A stretch of DNA of 42,003 bases from a virus. Taxonomy: Duplodnaviria; Heunggongvirae; Uroviricota; Caudoviricetes. A program made the translations under genes and the position numbers. Location: IMG/VR virus record IMGVR_UViG_2671180896_000003, positions 1-42,003 of that record. One strand, written 5' to 3'. The notes under the pieces were generated by a model. The model searched no databases. It was not told the origin of the DNA and worked only from the letters and a program-made list of their open reading frames with translations. Positions 18,511-28,306 of this stretch are shown piece after piece. Position 1 is the stretch's first letter. Each line of letters opens with the position of its first letter.

Positions 18511-19263
18511 CCTGGGATTTGGCACCTGCACTTCCGGCCAGCATTTGCAGTTCGGCAGGCACCCGGCGTGCCCGGTCATACCGTCCAGCGTCGGCGGGTT
18601 ATCCCAGCGCACAAACTTATCTTTCATCCAGCGATGTGAATCGCGCGTTCCGGCCCCTTCGATGCGCCACCAGTAGCCCTCAGAGCCAATCGACTCAGCG
18701 CGCGCCTGGGTGAGCGCTGTCGTGGCCCGGCCGATTTCGGTGCGGGCGATCATCTTCGCGCGGCTCTCTGCCACGTCGCCGGACTCCATAATCATCCGAT
18801 AGAGCGCGTCGGGGCGCTCACCGTTTATGACGGCTTCCATTGCGCGCTCCTGGATGTCACGAACGCGGTCGGCAGCTTCCAGCGGAAGAGATTTAATCAG
18901 CTGCACCTGGCGGGATACGATGTCCTGAGCCACGAACCCCACCGGCGTATTGCCGACAACATCCCGCAGCCCCTCAGAGATTTCCTGCGACACAGAGCGC
19001 CACTGGTTCCACTCCTCCTGCTCAACCTGCAGGAACATGCGTTTGGCTACCCGGTCGGCCCAGTCGTCAATCAGCAGCGAGTAATCTATCAGCCGGGCGC
19101 TAACCTGCTCGGCGCTCGCTTCCGAACCATCGTAGGAGCCAGTTACTATCGCGCCGCACTGACGCGCTATCTCCTGTAGACTTTTCTGATACTGGCGCTC
19201 CGATTTGCGGCGGAGGTTCGGTTTCAGATTCAGCCTCCTCCCATTCTGCTTTGGCATCTTCAA
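18505..19263 (-). CDS. Minor head protein, Mu F / SPP1 gp7-like head morphogenesis protein
   Basis: 252-aa ORF downstream of portal; family recognised by position and C-terminal WxxxxDxRxR-like region; annotated start overlaps portal 3' end by 164 nt, so true start may be internal. Confidence 0.65.
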   Translation of the reverse strand: MKMPKQNGRRLNLKPNLRRKSERQYQKSLQEIARQCGAIVTGSYDGSEASAEQVSARLIDYSLLIDDWADRVAKRMFLQVEQEEWNQWRSVSQEISEGLRDVVGNTPVGFVAQDIVSRQVQLIKSLPLEAADRVRDIQERAMEAVINGERPDALYRMIMESGDVAESRAKMIARTEIGRATTALTQARAESIGSEGYWWRIEGAGTRDSHRWMKDKFVRWDNPPTLDGMTGHAGCLPNCKCWPEVQVPNPRK

Positions 19264-20578
19264 TATCCTTGTCGGTGATAGAGCCGCCGATACCGATGAT
19301 GTCGGACAGGTTGCGCAGGTCGTTCAGCGCGGCATGCTGCGGCATACCGATGTCGCGCACGGCAGTCGCCAGGGCGGTGGCCACGTTGCTGGCCATTGTC
19401 GCCCGGTCAGTGTCCGACATCTCCCAGAGCTTGTTGAACTCGAAGGTGAAGTCTTCCGGCAGGGGCTGTCCGAACAGGGAGCGCCAGGAGATATCCAGCA
19501 GCCAGCGGATGTGTCGGCGCAGGCGGCGCTCCTGCAGCGAGTTAACGCGGCTGTAGTAGTTCTCCAGATCCCCGTCGCCGGTGCTGAATCCGGATGGTGA
19601 CTGCCCGAACAGGCGCACCAGCGGGATCCCAGTTGCGCCGGATACCTGCTCAGCAAAGCGCAGGATGACATCAGCGATCCCGGCGAACGAGTAACTGTGG
19701 GTCTGGAACTCGTCCGACTTATCCATGATGGTCATGCCTTCTATGGTCTGGAACTCACGGATCATGTCCATGTGCTTCATCAGACCATCTTCCAGCGTGC
19801 CGCCAGTGGCCAGAATCTTACGCAATCCGTCAATGCTGTAGGTACGCAGGTGCGCCTTGTGAATCAGCTGTGTAGTGCCGACGGTTGCGGTATCGAACGC
19901 CTGAATGCGCTCGTAGATACGCTCGACTACCGACATTCCCCAGCCGTTCTCGGTCTGCGCCTGCTGGAATGGCAGTGTGTCACCTTCCATGCGGATAATG
20001 CGGCTGTGGTGAATCTTCCACGGGGGGATCCCCTGCTGGTTGGTCACCACCTTGTAGTACTTCGGCTTGCCGAACTCCGGGCCGTAATCGGTCACCAGGT
20101 CGTAATAGCTCGGGGTTACCTGCCAGCGGTCGAGGCACATCACCCCCTTGAACTGACCCTCTTTGATGCGGTCGAGCTTCAGCGGAGTGGACATGTCCTG
20201 CCCTTCCAGCAGCACCACCAGCAGCGCGCCGCCGTACAGCCGGGACCACTTCAGGGTGTCGTTCAGTCCGTCCCAGATGGCAATGTCATCCCAGAACATC
20301 TCAAATTTACCCTTCTGTCCGGGCTCGAGCTTGGAACTGATGTTTATGCCCTTGCGGGTCATATCATCGGCCATAGCGTCTACACCGGCGCCCACCAAAA
20401 ACGATGAACGATACGCAAATTCCAGCTGTACGCGGTTACGCGAGATATAGCCAGGCTGATAGCTCCCACCGCTCTGGATGTTGGATGTATAGCCGCCGAG
20501 CTTAGCCGCGAAGTTGTTGTACCCGTCACCAGTCCGGACGGGCTTTTGTGCGCCGCTCTGGCGTTTCTTTCGGGACAT
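19100..20578 (-). CDS. Portal protein
   Basis: 492 aa immediately downstream of terminase large subunit; acidic C-terminus; size and position typical. Confidence 0.8.
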   Translation of the reverse strand: MSRKKRQSGAQKPVRTGDGYNNFAAKLGGYTSNIQSGGSYQPGYISRNRVQLEFAYRSSFLVGAGVDAMADDMTRKGINISSKLEPGQKGKFEMFWDDIAIWDGLNDTLKWSRLYGGALLVVLLEGQDMSTPLKLDRIKEGQFKGVMCLDRWQVTPSYYDLVTDYGPEFGKPKYYKVVTNQQGIPPWKIHHSRIIRMEGDTLPFQQAQTENGWGMSVVERIYERIQAFDTATVGTTQLIHKAHLRTYSIDGLRKILATGGTLEDGLMKHMDMIREFQTIEGMTIMDKSDEFQTHSYSFAGIADVILRFAEQVSGATGIPLVRLFGQSPSGFSTGDGDLENYYSRVNSLQERRLRRHIRWLLDISWRSLFGQPLPEDFTFEFNKLWEMSDTDRATMASNVATALATAVRDIGMPQHAALNDLRNLSDIIGIGGSITDKDIEDAKAEWEEAESETEPPPQIGAPVSEKSTGDSASVRRDSNWLLRWFGSERRAG

Positions 20579-20590
20579 ATCCCCTCACTG

Positions 20591-21796
20591 TTATTGTTTG
20601 CCCAGGGCGGCCCAGACACCGAGATCGCCAACGCTTGTGATGTATCCATCCAGCGAGTAGCGCACGGCATCCCACAGGTGGTTATGCTTATCCACGACAA
20701 CCGGCAGCACTTCGCCGGTCATGCGGTCGGTTTTGTAGGAGTAAAGGCGCGCCTCATCGACCATGTGCTTACAGCGCTCATGGATGATGATTTCTTCGAA
20801 CCCTTTCAGGTAGGTAATGCCGTCCTCAACGCTCCCCGGCCATTTGGTAGCGCCGTCGATGATGAAGCCCTGACGCGAAAGATAACTGATGGTCTCCGGC
20901 CGGCTGCAGTCGCCGTGAATGGGCCATTTTCTGGATTCCGGGATGGAGTCATAGAACTGCGCCATTTCGTCCAGCTCGACGCCGACGCCGTAGGCTTCGT
21001 ACTCGATGTACAATCGGGTGCCGATAATGAAGCAACGGACCAGAGTGGATGGGTCGTTGGCGAAACCGAAGTCAGCCCCATAAAACAGGCGATCGGCTTC
21101 TTTCCACAGGTCGTCAGAGAATGCCTCAACCCGGTACTTGCCGGAGAAGATAACGGCCTCACTGAGCGCCTTCGGCAGCCCCAGCCAGATATGCTCGTAA
21201 GCCTCGAAGTCGATACGCTTGCAGTATTCCATCTCGTGCCTGAGCACGTCAGGGAAGAATGCGTTATCGCAGTAGTTGACGCAGGTAATAATCGCTCCGC
21301 CATCAGGGGGATCGGCGCGGTGCCGCTCCATCATGGCGTAGGTCGGGTCGGTAGCTTCGCGCGGGTTGAACGACACCCACACTTCGGATTTATTGGCGCG
21401 AACGGTCGGACCGAGGATGTCCCAGCTATCCTGCGATACGGTTTGCGCTTCCTCTACCCAGCATATTTTGATGCCGTGCATCGACTTAATGCTCTGGATG
21501 TTGTTGCGCAGACCTTTGAAGGTAAACCGCGTGCCGTTGCTGCCCTCTATCTCGTTGTTCTTGACCTTGTAGAAGTGCGCCAGGCCAAGCGAGTGGATTT
21601 CAGCGTCCAGCAGTGCCAGTACCGAATCGTTGATAGAGTTCTGGAACTCACGAGCGCACAGGATGATCATTGGCTCGATAGCGCCCAACAATACCAGCGC
21701 GCGGGCAATCTCTACCGATTTGCCGCCACCACGACCGCCATACGTCCAGCGCCAGCGGACAGAGCCTATCGGTGCGTCGTACAGCGTCCCGAGCAC
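20591..21796 (-). CDS. Terminase large subunit
   Basis: 401 aa; Walker A-like YGGRGGGKS near N-terminus; follows terminase small subunit. Confidence 0.85.
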   Translation of the reverse strand: MLGTLYDAPIGSVRWRWTYGGRGGGKSVEIARALVLLGAIEPMIILCAREFQNSINDSVLALLDAEIHSLGLAHFYKVKNNEIEGSNGTRFTFKGLRNNIQSIKSMHGIKICWVEEAQTVSQDSWDILGPTVRANKSEVWVSFNPREATDPTYAMMERHRADPPDGGAIITCVNYCDNAFFPDVLRHEMEYCKRIDFEAYEHIWLGLPKALSEAVIFSGKYRVEAFSDDLWKEADRLFYGADFGFANDPSTLVRCFIIGTRLYIEYEAYGVGVELDEMAQFYDSIPESRKWPIHGDCSRPETISYLSRQGFIIDGATKWPGSVEDGITYLKGFEEIIIHERCKHMVDEARLYSYKTDRMTGEVLPVVVDKHNHLWDAVRYSLDGYITSVGDLGVWAALGKQ

Positions 21797-21831
21797 CCAG
21801 TCGCTACTGAATGAGTACAGGACACCATCGA

Positions 21832-22539
21832 TTATTGTTGGGCTGTCTGCTTTCCCTCGCGCAGCTTATCCATGTGCGCTGCCCACGCTTCAGGCGGGCA
21901 GTTCGACGGCGTGACGATGCAGACCTTTCCGTAACTCAGGCCAGCCAGATCGACATTCACTTCCGTTTTGTTGCTCATGTCGATGCCGGTGAGCTGCGCG
22001 GCGTTTTTGATGTTCGGGGCTACCTGCCCAAACTTCTCAGCGTCCAGCGCGGCTTTCGCCGATTTGTAGGAGAGTTCAGCCAGGTCTTTCGCGTCGAATG
22101 ATACGAGCAGAGCGGCATCCTGACGCAGCTCTCTGATGCGCCTGCGCACATCCGGGCGTTTGAAAAGTATCGATGCCTGGGAATCAGCGCGTGAAGGCGA
22201 ATAGCCCGCGCATATCGCCGCATCTTTCTGCGGCATGCCCCGCGCGATGTTCTGCGCAAACTGCTCATGCTGTGGTTTAAGGATGCCTGCGTTTTCCTGC
22301 GCAGTATCGCCCTCAACTGGCGTAGAGGCTTCAACCACTACTACATGCGGCATCTGGCTTTGCGCAGTTTTGCGCACATCCTTTTGCGCAGTTTTTTGCG
22401 CAGCAGGCTTTTTGATGTACCTGCGCGCAGATGTATAATTCAGTCCCTGCGCTTCGCACCATTCTTTCGGCGATATACCTGTTTTGGCATGCTCGGCGAG
22501 GAACCGTCTTTGGAGGCTTCCCCAGTCCGGTTTTGCCAT
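21832..22539 (-). CDS. Terminase small subunit
   Basis: 235 aa; N-terminal HTH-like segment ([21 protein letters not shown]) and motif AAICAGYSP typical of small terminase subunits. Confidence 0.7.
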   Translation of the reverse strand: MAKPDWGSLQRRFLAEHAKTGISPKEWCEAQGLNYTSARRYIKKPAAQKTAQKDVRKTAQSQMPHVVVVEASTPVEGDTAQENAGILKPQHEQFAQNIARGMPQKDAAICAGYSPSRADSQASILFKRPDVRRRIRELRQDAALLVSFDAKDLAELSYKSAKAALDAEKFGQVAPNIKNAAQLTGIDMSNKTEVNVDLAGLSYGKVCIVTPSNCPPEAWAAHMDKLREGKQTAQQ

Positions 22540-22675
22540 AAAACTCTCTGGAATATTCCAATAAACGAGGCGATAGTAACCATTGAAAATGACGAAGTAT
22601 TAGCGGCAAAAATTATTTTGCTTCTATACAAGTGTCATGTTTCAACCCTAAGAACTTTGATGCAAAGGAACGACT

Positions 22676-22936
22676 ATGTCAGATGTAGAAAAAAGAATTG
22701 CCCATCTTGAGGATTTGGTTGAAGAGTTACAGTTACACAGCCACGCTTCTCGTGTTGCTATTGCTGTATTATCAACGGCTTTAAACGGAGTTGTGGGGAA
22801 AGAAACTCACCTCGGAGATGTTTATTTAGAAGGGGTTTCTAAGGCCGACCCCATCGAATTCGACATTCCCGCTAAAGATGGATACCTAGAAAAATTAAAC
22901 GAGAGAGTCGCTGCTCTACTAGGCAGAGCACAATAA
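22676..22936 (+). CDS. Hypothetical protein (moron in the bor position, antisense to late operon)
   Basis: 86 aa; RBS AAGGAA 6 nt upstream of ATG; no signal peptide; predicted helical N-terminus; hairpins downstream. Confidence 0.55.
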   Translation: MSDVEKRIAHLEDLVEELQLHSHASRVAIAVLSTALNGVVGKETHLGDVYLEGVSKADPIEFDIPAKDGYLEKLNERVAALLGRAQ

Positions 22937-23027
22937 GCATTTTTCAAAATCATTTTTCTTAAGCCTTTTACGCATCCCCTCCGGGGGATGTAGCCATAAA
23001 GATGAGTTTGTCCATAGCGTTGACACT

Positions 23028-23050
23028 AAAAAACCGCCCGTAGGCGGTTT
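23028..23050 (-). terminator. Intrinsic terminator, bidirectional but stronger in minus orientation
   Basis: AACCGCC-CGTA-GGCGGTT hairpin flanked by AAAAAA upstream and TTTG downstream on plus strand (TTTTTT after hairpin on minus). Confidence 0.6.
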
Positions 23051-23435
23051 GTAGGTGAAAGGAAGGCCAAGCTAATGCGAATTACTACAAGGTTCAGTTA
23101 TCCCTAATGACGCGACGGACATTTCGGGGCCAAACCAAGCAGCGTCACCTGAGCCCCTTGGCTTTTCATGAATTGACCCAACAGCGTGACCTGAAAGGCG
23201 GGAGACTCCAACGTCCCAGACGCGGGTGGTAAAAATCTCAAGATGGTCATCCATCTCGGAATTCTCCCTTCGCACTATCCTCTCGATTTCTGTTACCCCT
23301 GGCTCAGGAACCCTGACGTCACGATCAACGGTTGCTTAAGGGGAAGTCCAAAAACTGGGTCAAAAAGACCTCCTTGAACTTTCCGTGGGTTAACATTTTT
23401 TATGATAGCGAAACGGGTAACTTTCGCAAATATTG

Positions 23436-23699
23436 TTATTTAAAATGAGATGTGCGTGAAAGCTCAACCTTCCATATATCAGCCTTATCCCGATTGCATT
23501 GCCCCAGCGCCGATAGCAGACTGACATTCAGATCCAGACTGTCCCCGTAGGTCAGCGGCTCGGGAATGGCAGGCTGTGGTGTTTCAGCTGTCAGGTTCGC
23601 CGGCAGGGGCACCACCGGCGCCTGCACGTAAACTGTCCGCGTATTCCCGCAGCCGGTTAGCAGCTGCAGCAGGCACAGGCCGACGAGCGCAATCATCAT
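23436..23699 (-). CDS. o-spanin (Rz1-like outer-membrane lipoprotein)
   Basis: From MMIALVGLCLLQLLTGC: lipobox LTGC; Pro-rich mature part; starts inside i-spanin gene in another frame and extends beyond it (overlapped architecture). Confidence 0.7.
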   Translation of the reverse strand: MMIALVGLCLLQLLTGCGNTRTVYVQAPVVPLPANLTAETPQPAIPEPLTYGDSLDLNVSLLSALGQCNRDKADIWKVELSRTSHFK

Positions 23700-23976
23700 C
23701 CGCAACAGCCACTTTGATATCTGCCTGGGCTCTCTGTGACTCCAGTGCGATCTTGTTCTTTGCATTCTGGTTCGCCTCTGAAATGGCGTTGATGATACTC
23801 ACGGCCCGAATCACGTTCGCGGTGACAGCATTCGCGGTCTCAGCCTGCTGTTCTGCGCTATCGGCCCGCTCCTTTTCGCTACTGGCTTTGTCGCTGTAAT
23901 ACCATGCCGACCAGCACGCCCCGCCGAACAGGCAAAGGAGGAATATGGCAATCGCAATGATGTGACGAGCTTTCAT
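23584..23976 (-). CDS. i-spanin (Rz-like)
   Basis: 130 aa; N-terminal transmembrane segment IIAIAIFLLCLFGGACWSAWYY then periplasmic coiled coil; start overlaps endolysin stop. Confidence 0.75.
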   Translation of the reverse strand: MKARHIIAIAIFLLCLFGGACWSAWYYSDKASSEKERADSAEQQAETANAVTANVIRAVSIINAISEANQNAKNKIALESQRAQADIKVAVADDDCARRPVPAAAANRLREYADSLRAGAGGAPAGEPDS

Positions 23977-24509
23977 TTATCGAGCCCCCAGCATGCCAAC
24001 GCGCTTTCTTGGTCGCGGCGTTCCACCTGACCGAAGCATCCGTTCTTCTGCCCCTTGGTTAGCCGGCAATCCCGGCCGCCATCTTTTATCCACCAGCGGA
24101 TCGCTTCGCATGCCCCTTTACGGTCACCGGCATTGATGCGCTTATAGAACGTCGAGGGGAAGCACTTACCGGGCCCGATGTTATACGGGCAGAAAGAAGC
24201 TATTCCGGCCTTTTGCGGTTCGGTCAGCGGCACCCTGATATTGCGTTCAACCCAGGCCAGCGCTTTATTTCGCTCAACGGCATTCACCTGGTCACATTTG
24301 GCCTGCGTCAGCTTCATGCCCTGGCGAACTGGTTTACCATCTACCAGCGTGGCGCCGCGGCAAATAGTCCAGACGCCGCCACCGTCCTGATAAGCAATCA
24401 GGCTGTTGCCTTCCTTCTCATTCAGGAACTGATCGAGAATAACGGGCGCTGACGCACCGGCGAGGATAAGACCTAATACCGCAGCGCTAAGCTTTGATCT
24501 GTCAGCCAC
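23973..24509 (-). CDS. SAR endolysin (lysozyme with signal-arrest-release domain), phage 21 R-like
   Basis: GTG at 24507-24509 overlapping holin stop; N-terminal SAR segment KLSAAVLGLILAGASAPVIL; motifs GVWTICRGAT and KGACEAIRWW match recalled R21 lysozyme. Confidence 0.8.
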   Translation of the reverse strand: MADRSKLSAAVLGLILAGASAPVILDQFLNEKEGNSLIAYQDGGGVWTICRGATLVDGKPVRQGMKLTQAKCDQVNAVERNKALAWVERNIRVPLTEPQKAGIASFCPYNIGPGKCFPSTFYKRINAGDRKGACEAIRWWIKDGGRDCRLTKGQKNGCFGQVERRDQESALACWGLDK

Positions 24510-24724
24510 TATTCCCCCCTGGCGGCTTTGCGCCGGTCCTCTTTGATTTTGAAATACAGGTTTGTCAGATACGTCAGCAGCCCGAACACCAGGCTGCCAA
24601 GCACACCAATGGCTGCCCACTGCGATGGTGACACCTGGTCAAGCAACTGCAGGCTCCAGTAACCAGCGTTAGTCGCTGATGCACCATAGGCGATGCCAGT
24701 GGTTAGTTTTTCCATGCGTAACAT
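24509..24724 (-). CDS. Pinholin, phage 21 S-like, with dual-start motif
   Basis: 71 aa; near-identical in pattern to recalled S21 (…TGIAYG…AGYW…[18 protein letters not shown]…[21 protein letters not shown]); two Met (M1, M4). Confidence 0.85.
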   Translation of the reverse strand: MLRMEKLTTGIAYGASATNAGYWSLQLLDQVSPSQWAAIGVLGSLVFGLLTYLTNLYFKIKEDRRKAARGE

Positions 24725-25232
24725 GCTCTCACCTCCGATTATTTCGGGGTGCTATGTGTAATGGGGATCAGGCTCTCGGGCTGCATTAACAACAAGGCTT
24801 GTTGAGGAGGTTTCCCGGAGCCTGAAAAAGAAAAGGCCCGCGTATGCGAGCCTCTATAAATTCTTTGCCACTTCCCGGAGTGGCCACGCTCATGCCCTTG
24901 AGCTGCTGTCGCATCATCGCCGCTTATCACCGGTGCGCGTCTGGCTTTCGCGCTGCTTTACCGGAGCTATTTTTAATCTATGAACCCTGACCCGTCACTA
25001 CACAGGCTCGCTCAATGGCGACTCGGGGCAGCATCATGACTGCTGCATTGCCTTTCGGCTACGGTGTGTCCGTTCTACTCTACATTTTCATACCCTCCAG
25101 AAACGGCAAAGCCCCGCGGGGTTAACCGCAGGGCTTTAAACGAAGGCAGTAACCCATCGTTGGAGAGAAATTAACACAGATTCGGGAAAAGTAAATAGCT
25201 CACGATAAAATCGACAGCGATTAATTGGTGCT
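24725..25232 (-). promoter_or_regulatory. Late-gene regulatory region between Q and holin (expected late promoter, Q-utilisation site and leader)
   Basis: 508-bp non-coding gap in the position of lambda PR'/qut/tR'; contains a long hairpin at 25108-25137. Exact promoter elements not confidently assignable by eye. Confidence 0.5.
25108..25137 (-). terminator. Long hairpin, candidate tR'-like terminator / short late leader RNA end
   Basis: AAAGCCCCGCGG-GGTTAA-CCGCAGGGCTTT, 12-bp stem with one mismatch; only a short T-run follows on minus strand, so terminator strength uncertain. Confidence 0.35.
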
Positions 25233-26063
25233 TTATCGAGTTATTGCTCGCAGTTGCGATTCGGCCCACGCTTCTTCCATGTCGAATTTGGTGATCAGCC
25301 GGTCGTAAAACGGCTTCACTGACTTTTTCCAGGTGTCCAGAGTAATGGCGTCGGTAATAAGGCAAACAGCCGCATATGCCTCAGTCGAGGGGATCCGCTC
25401 ATACCCGCGCCCGCCGCAGCGCTTGCAGTCGGCCATCACCGGCGCGCCCTGCTTTTCTGTCAGCGTCTTGCTGACAGCTTTTCCGCGCCCCTGGCAGTCA
25501 TTACATGCGCAGCTGACGACCTTCTTCCCTTTGCAGGCCGAGCACAGCACCCGGGCCACCTCTTTCACCTCACGCCGATTCTGATGCTGCGAAGGGATAA
25601 CCTTCAGCCCCCATTTTTTTGATTTTTGAATGATGTCTTTTGCGCAGCCAGAGATGCTGGTTTTCATACTAAAAACGTCAGCCTCAATGAACCCCTGCCC
25701 TGCGCAACATTCGCACCTCTTGACGCTGGCGGCGCTGCGGGAATAGTCCTCAAAAGCGAAGGTAGCAAGCTGGCGCATCACCAGCGGTTTAACCCCAGCG
25801 TCCAGTTTGCGCAGGGCAGCCACGCTATCGCATTTTGTCAGCGCATACTGGGCCAGCAGCTCGATCGCTCTCTCCCGATCGTTGTTGCTGATGCCCATCT
25901 TTCCGAGAAAGGCACTGTAGCCCATGGCGGCGCGTTCCTGGGTCATGCCCATGGCTGCCATGATGTCCGTTCCGGTCAGCGAGTCGGAGGCCGTAGCGCG
26001 CGGAGAGTCGCTAATCAGCGTCGATTTGGCGAAGTGGTATTTCACGGTGTTTTCGAGGTTCAT
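25233..26063 (-). CDS. Late-gene antitermination protein Q
   Basis: 276 aa; multiple CxxC zinc-finger motifs; position immediately upstream of late regulatory region and lysis genes. Confidence 0.8.
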   Translation of the reverse strand: MNLENTVKYHFAKSTLISDSPRATASDSLTGTDIMAAMGMTQERAAMGYSAFLGKMGISNNDRERAIELLAQYALTKCDSVAALRKLDAGVKPLVMRQLATFAFEDYSRSAASVKRCECCAGQGFIEADVFSMKTSISGCAKDIIQKSKKWGLKVIPSQHQNRREVKEVARVLCSACKGKKVVSCACNDCQGRGKAVSKTLTEKQGAPVMADCKRCGGRGYERIPSTEAYAAVCLITDAITLDTWKKSVKPFYDRLITKFDMEEAWAESQLRAITR

Positions 26064-26200
26064 GCAGCAGCTCCTGCCAACTGGTTAATGCGAATAAAAT
26101 TGCGAAGAATGCGGTAGTCCACCAGCACCGAACCCGGGCGGCGATAAATGCGGAGGCGTGTCCAGCGCATGCGGATTACCTCAATCAGTTCTGATGTCAT
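26060..26200 (-). CDS. Small protein (46 aa), ylcG-like position between rusA and Q
   Basis: Not in ORF track (below size cut-off); [22 protein letters not shown]...; start overlaps rusA stop and stop overlaps Q start (ATGA at both ends). Confidence 0.5.
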   Translation of the reverse strand: MTSELIEVIRMRWTRLRIYRRPGSVLVDYRILRNFIRINQLAGAAA

Positions 26201-26559
26201 AAGTCCCCCAGTTCGGTGATGGTCAGCTCCAGCCTGCCGCCCCTGACGACGGGCATCCGTATAACGCGGTAGTCGTCCACCAGCTGATCGTCCTGCCAGA
26301 ATCCGGCCTTAGTAAGCGCGTCGAACGCGGCCTTCTGCAGGTTGTCCAGGTCACGGCGGCGGCGGTCAGGCATATGGCACTCGATGCGAATCTTCACCGG
26401 GCCGGAGATGCCGATATCCAGCAGCTGGTCTTTGATGATTTGGGCCACGCGGTCGCGGTAAGCCTGCCCTTCCGTGCTGATGTGCGTACGCCCGCGATTG
26501 TGTCGGTAATAGCGGTTATTACTCGGTGGCCACGGCAATGTGATTTTGTACTCGCTCAC
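26197..26559 (-). CDS. rusA: Holliday junction resolvase RusA
   Basis: From GTG at 26557-26559: [35 protein letters not shown]...[32 protein letters not shown] matches recalled E. coli RusA almost residue for residue. Confidence 0.9.
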   Translation of the reverse strand: MSEYKITLPWPPSNNRYYRHNRGRTHISTEGQAYRDRVAQIIKDQLLDIGISGPVKIRIECHMPDRRRRDLDNLQKAAFDALTKAGFWQDDQLVDDYRVIRMPVVRGGRLELTITELGDL

Positions 26560-26846
26560 GCTTTCACCTTCCCCTCTTTCAGCCAGATAACCTGCGTGCG
26601 GGCCATGCCCTCCAGCGCGCACTCCTTTGCATAATCCGCGTCGACCAGGCGAGTGCGGCGGTCGATTTCGTCGTGACAGCTGCTGCATGCAATGGTGGCA
26701 ATCAGATCAGGCGGCTTAATTCCGGTACCGCACAGCCCGGCCAGGCGAATATGCGCCAGCACGCTTGTGTCTGGGTTGCCGTTGCACACGCCGGGGATCC
26801 GAACCTGACATTCGCGACCGCGCGCAGCTTTGCGTAAATCCGCCAT
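26556..26846 (-). CDS. ybcO: YbcO-like protein (DUF1364, putative nuclease)
   Basis: From [42 protein letters not shown]...; matches recalled DLP12 YbcO; stop overlaps rusA start. Confidence 0.8.
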   Translation of the reverse strand: MADLRKAARGRECQVRIPGVCNGNPDTSVLAHIRLAGLCGTGIKPPDLIATIACSSCHDEIDRRTRLVDADYAKECALEGMARTQVIWLKEGKVKA

Positions 26847-26848
26847 GC

Positions 26849-27058
26849 TCACCCCCAGACCTTCTGACGGAGTGACCGCGGCGTACGTTCCTGCCGGTGC
26901 GCCTCCGGCAGCCGGGCGCTGACGGTCCAGGTGACGTAATCGGGATTCAGGCTTCGCTCTACCTTCACGCCGCGGCGCCGGTATTCCGCCATGAGCTCGT
27001 CGGCCTGCTGCGTGGTGCACTCGGTGTGCTGGAACCATGTTTCTTTCATCGGCATCAC
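26849..27058 (-). CDS. Hypothetical nin-region protein
   Basis: 69 aa; start overlaps stop of upstream gene (ATGA). Confidence 0.5.
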   Translation of the reverse strand: MMPMKETWFQHTECTTQQADELMAEYRRRGVKVERSLNPDYVTWTVSARLPEAHRQERTPRSLRQKVWG

Positions 27059-27654
27059 CCCACGAAGCTCATGAGCTGCGCAGCGGCATTATCCGCGTCG
27101 CTACGGCTCTTGAATGCCCTGGACAGGATCCAACGCCACAGAACATCGAGTGCGGCCCTGTAGAGTTGCTGGAACTCGGTTTCGTCCATATTGGCGAAGG
27201 CGATGCTGCGGGGGTGTTTGCGGAGGGTGCCGTCAGGCAGCTGTATCGCGTCGTAGTGGCCGGATTCGATGGTTACCCAGGCGCGGTAGGCGTCGAATGA
27301 CTTGCAGGCGCTGATGCTGCCCGTGCGCTTATCAGCGATGCGCTCGAGATATTGCTCAGCGGCATCCAGCAGCGCCCCTTCGTTCCCGCCGTAGGAGGCC
27401 AGAAATCTGGCATAGCCGGTCACCAGCTTGCGTTCGTTGGAAGAGATCGCCCCGCCGGTTGGCTCCCAGTATTCGAACCCGAGGTTTAAAAGCGCGAAGA
27501 AGCGGCGGTGGAAAGCCGGATTGCGGACCTGTTTGAAGTCGGCTACCAGCACGGCGCCGAGTTTGATTTTTGATTGCAGAATATCGCTGGTCTCCGGCGT
27601 CGCGGGGATCAGGATTCCTGATGACTGCTTGATGAGTTGTAGTTCGTGCGCCAT
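27055..27654 (-). CDS. Hypothetical nin-region protein (possibly DUF1367-like)
   Basis: 199 aa; family assignment from memory only, not secure. Confidence 0.45.
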   Translation of the reverse strand: MAHELQLIKQSSGILIPATPETSDILQSKIKLGAVLVADFKQVRNPAFHRRFFALLNLGFEYWEPTGGAISSNERKLVTGYARFLASYGGNEGALLDAAEQYLERIADKRTGSISACKSFDAYRAWVTIESGHYDAIQLPDGTLRKHPRSIAFANMDETEFQQLYRAALDVLWRWILSRAFKSRSDADNAAAQLMSFVG

Positions 27655-27688
27655 GGTTTCTCTCCGTGGCGCAGTAGGTTACGGTTGT

Positions 27689-27937
27689 TCAGACCGTTGA
27701 TTTCATATTATCAGAAGGTTGGGTTACCCGGTAGCCGAGACGGTTAATAAACTGCATAAAACCATTAGGAGTAAAGACCTCTTCATCATCCAGCAAAGGC
27801 CGCATAGAAACCATGCCATTGACGCGATAAATTAGATGCCTGCCCGATGAAGGAAAGCTAAACACCACGCAGCCGTCAGACCTTCTTACAATGTCATACC
27901 AGTTGTCTTCTGACGTTTGCAAAGCTGAATCACTCAC
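27689..27937 (-). CDS. Hypothetical small protein downstream of dinI-like gene; candidate antirepressor
   Basis: 82 aa; GTG start preceded by AGGGAGAA; same strand and immediately downstream of SOS-box/dinI-like unit with no terminator between. Confidence 0.5.
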   Translation of the reverse strand: MSDSALQTSEDNWYDIVRRSDGCVVFSFPSSGRHLIYRVNGMVSMRPLLDDEEVFTPNGFMQFINRLGYRVTQPSDNMKSTV

Positions 27938-28054
27938 ATTTATGTTCTCCCTTCGAGCGACTAACAGACGCGATTAAAGATTGTCGGCAGCAGCATCAGA
28001 GGGTTACGCAAATTGCGGTATTCTGAAAAATGCGCGCCAGCCTTAAGCGCAATT

Positions 28055-28288
28055 CTAATAAAACCAGTCGTCAGCGCTTTCCCAGGTATCCTGGAGGATT
28101 GATTCAATTTTCTTTTTATCGTCCTTGTCACCACCAAAAACACTTAACCCATCGGCCCCGGCACGGCGGATTGTGAGCCTGCAATTGTCATAGTGATCAT
28201 TCAGGCGCTTAAGCAGTTCTTTCTCCAGTGCTGGTACTGCGCCTTTAGGAAGTTCTTTCATGCGATCAATGGTTAATTCAACTTTCAT
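28055..28288 (-). CDS. dinI: DinI-like protein
   Basis: From MKVELTIDRMKELPKGAVPALEKELLKRL...ESILQDTWESADDWFY; matches recalled E. coli DinI pattern including C-terminal ETWESADDWF. Confidence 0.85.
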   Translation of the reverse strand: MKVELTIDRMKELPKGAVPALEKELLKRLNDHYDNCRLTIRRAGADGLSVFGGDKDDKKKIESILQDTWESADDWFY

Positions 28289-28306
28289 AATGGCCCCCAT
28301 TGCATG

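Noticed and set aside
20546-21814. 422-aa plus-strand ORF antisense to the terminase large subunit, and similar long antisense ORFs (e.g. 17614-18195, 9676-10149, 19697-20407, 36146-36586)
   Set aside because: These are shadow ORFs opposite well-supported genes in GC-rich DNA. They have no RBS or homology and fully overlap the genes they oppose.
22676-22936. Bor-like lipoprotein assignment for the gene in the bor slot
   Set aside because: The protein has no signal peptide or lipobox, so only the positional analogy holds.
23072-23275. 67-aa minus-strand ORF in the gap between the terminator and the spanin gene
   Set aside because: No convincing RBS and non-protein-like composition; the interval more likely holds non-coding elements such as a packaging site.
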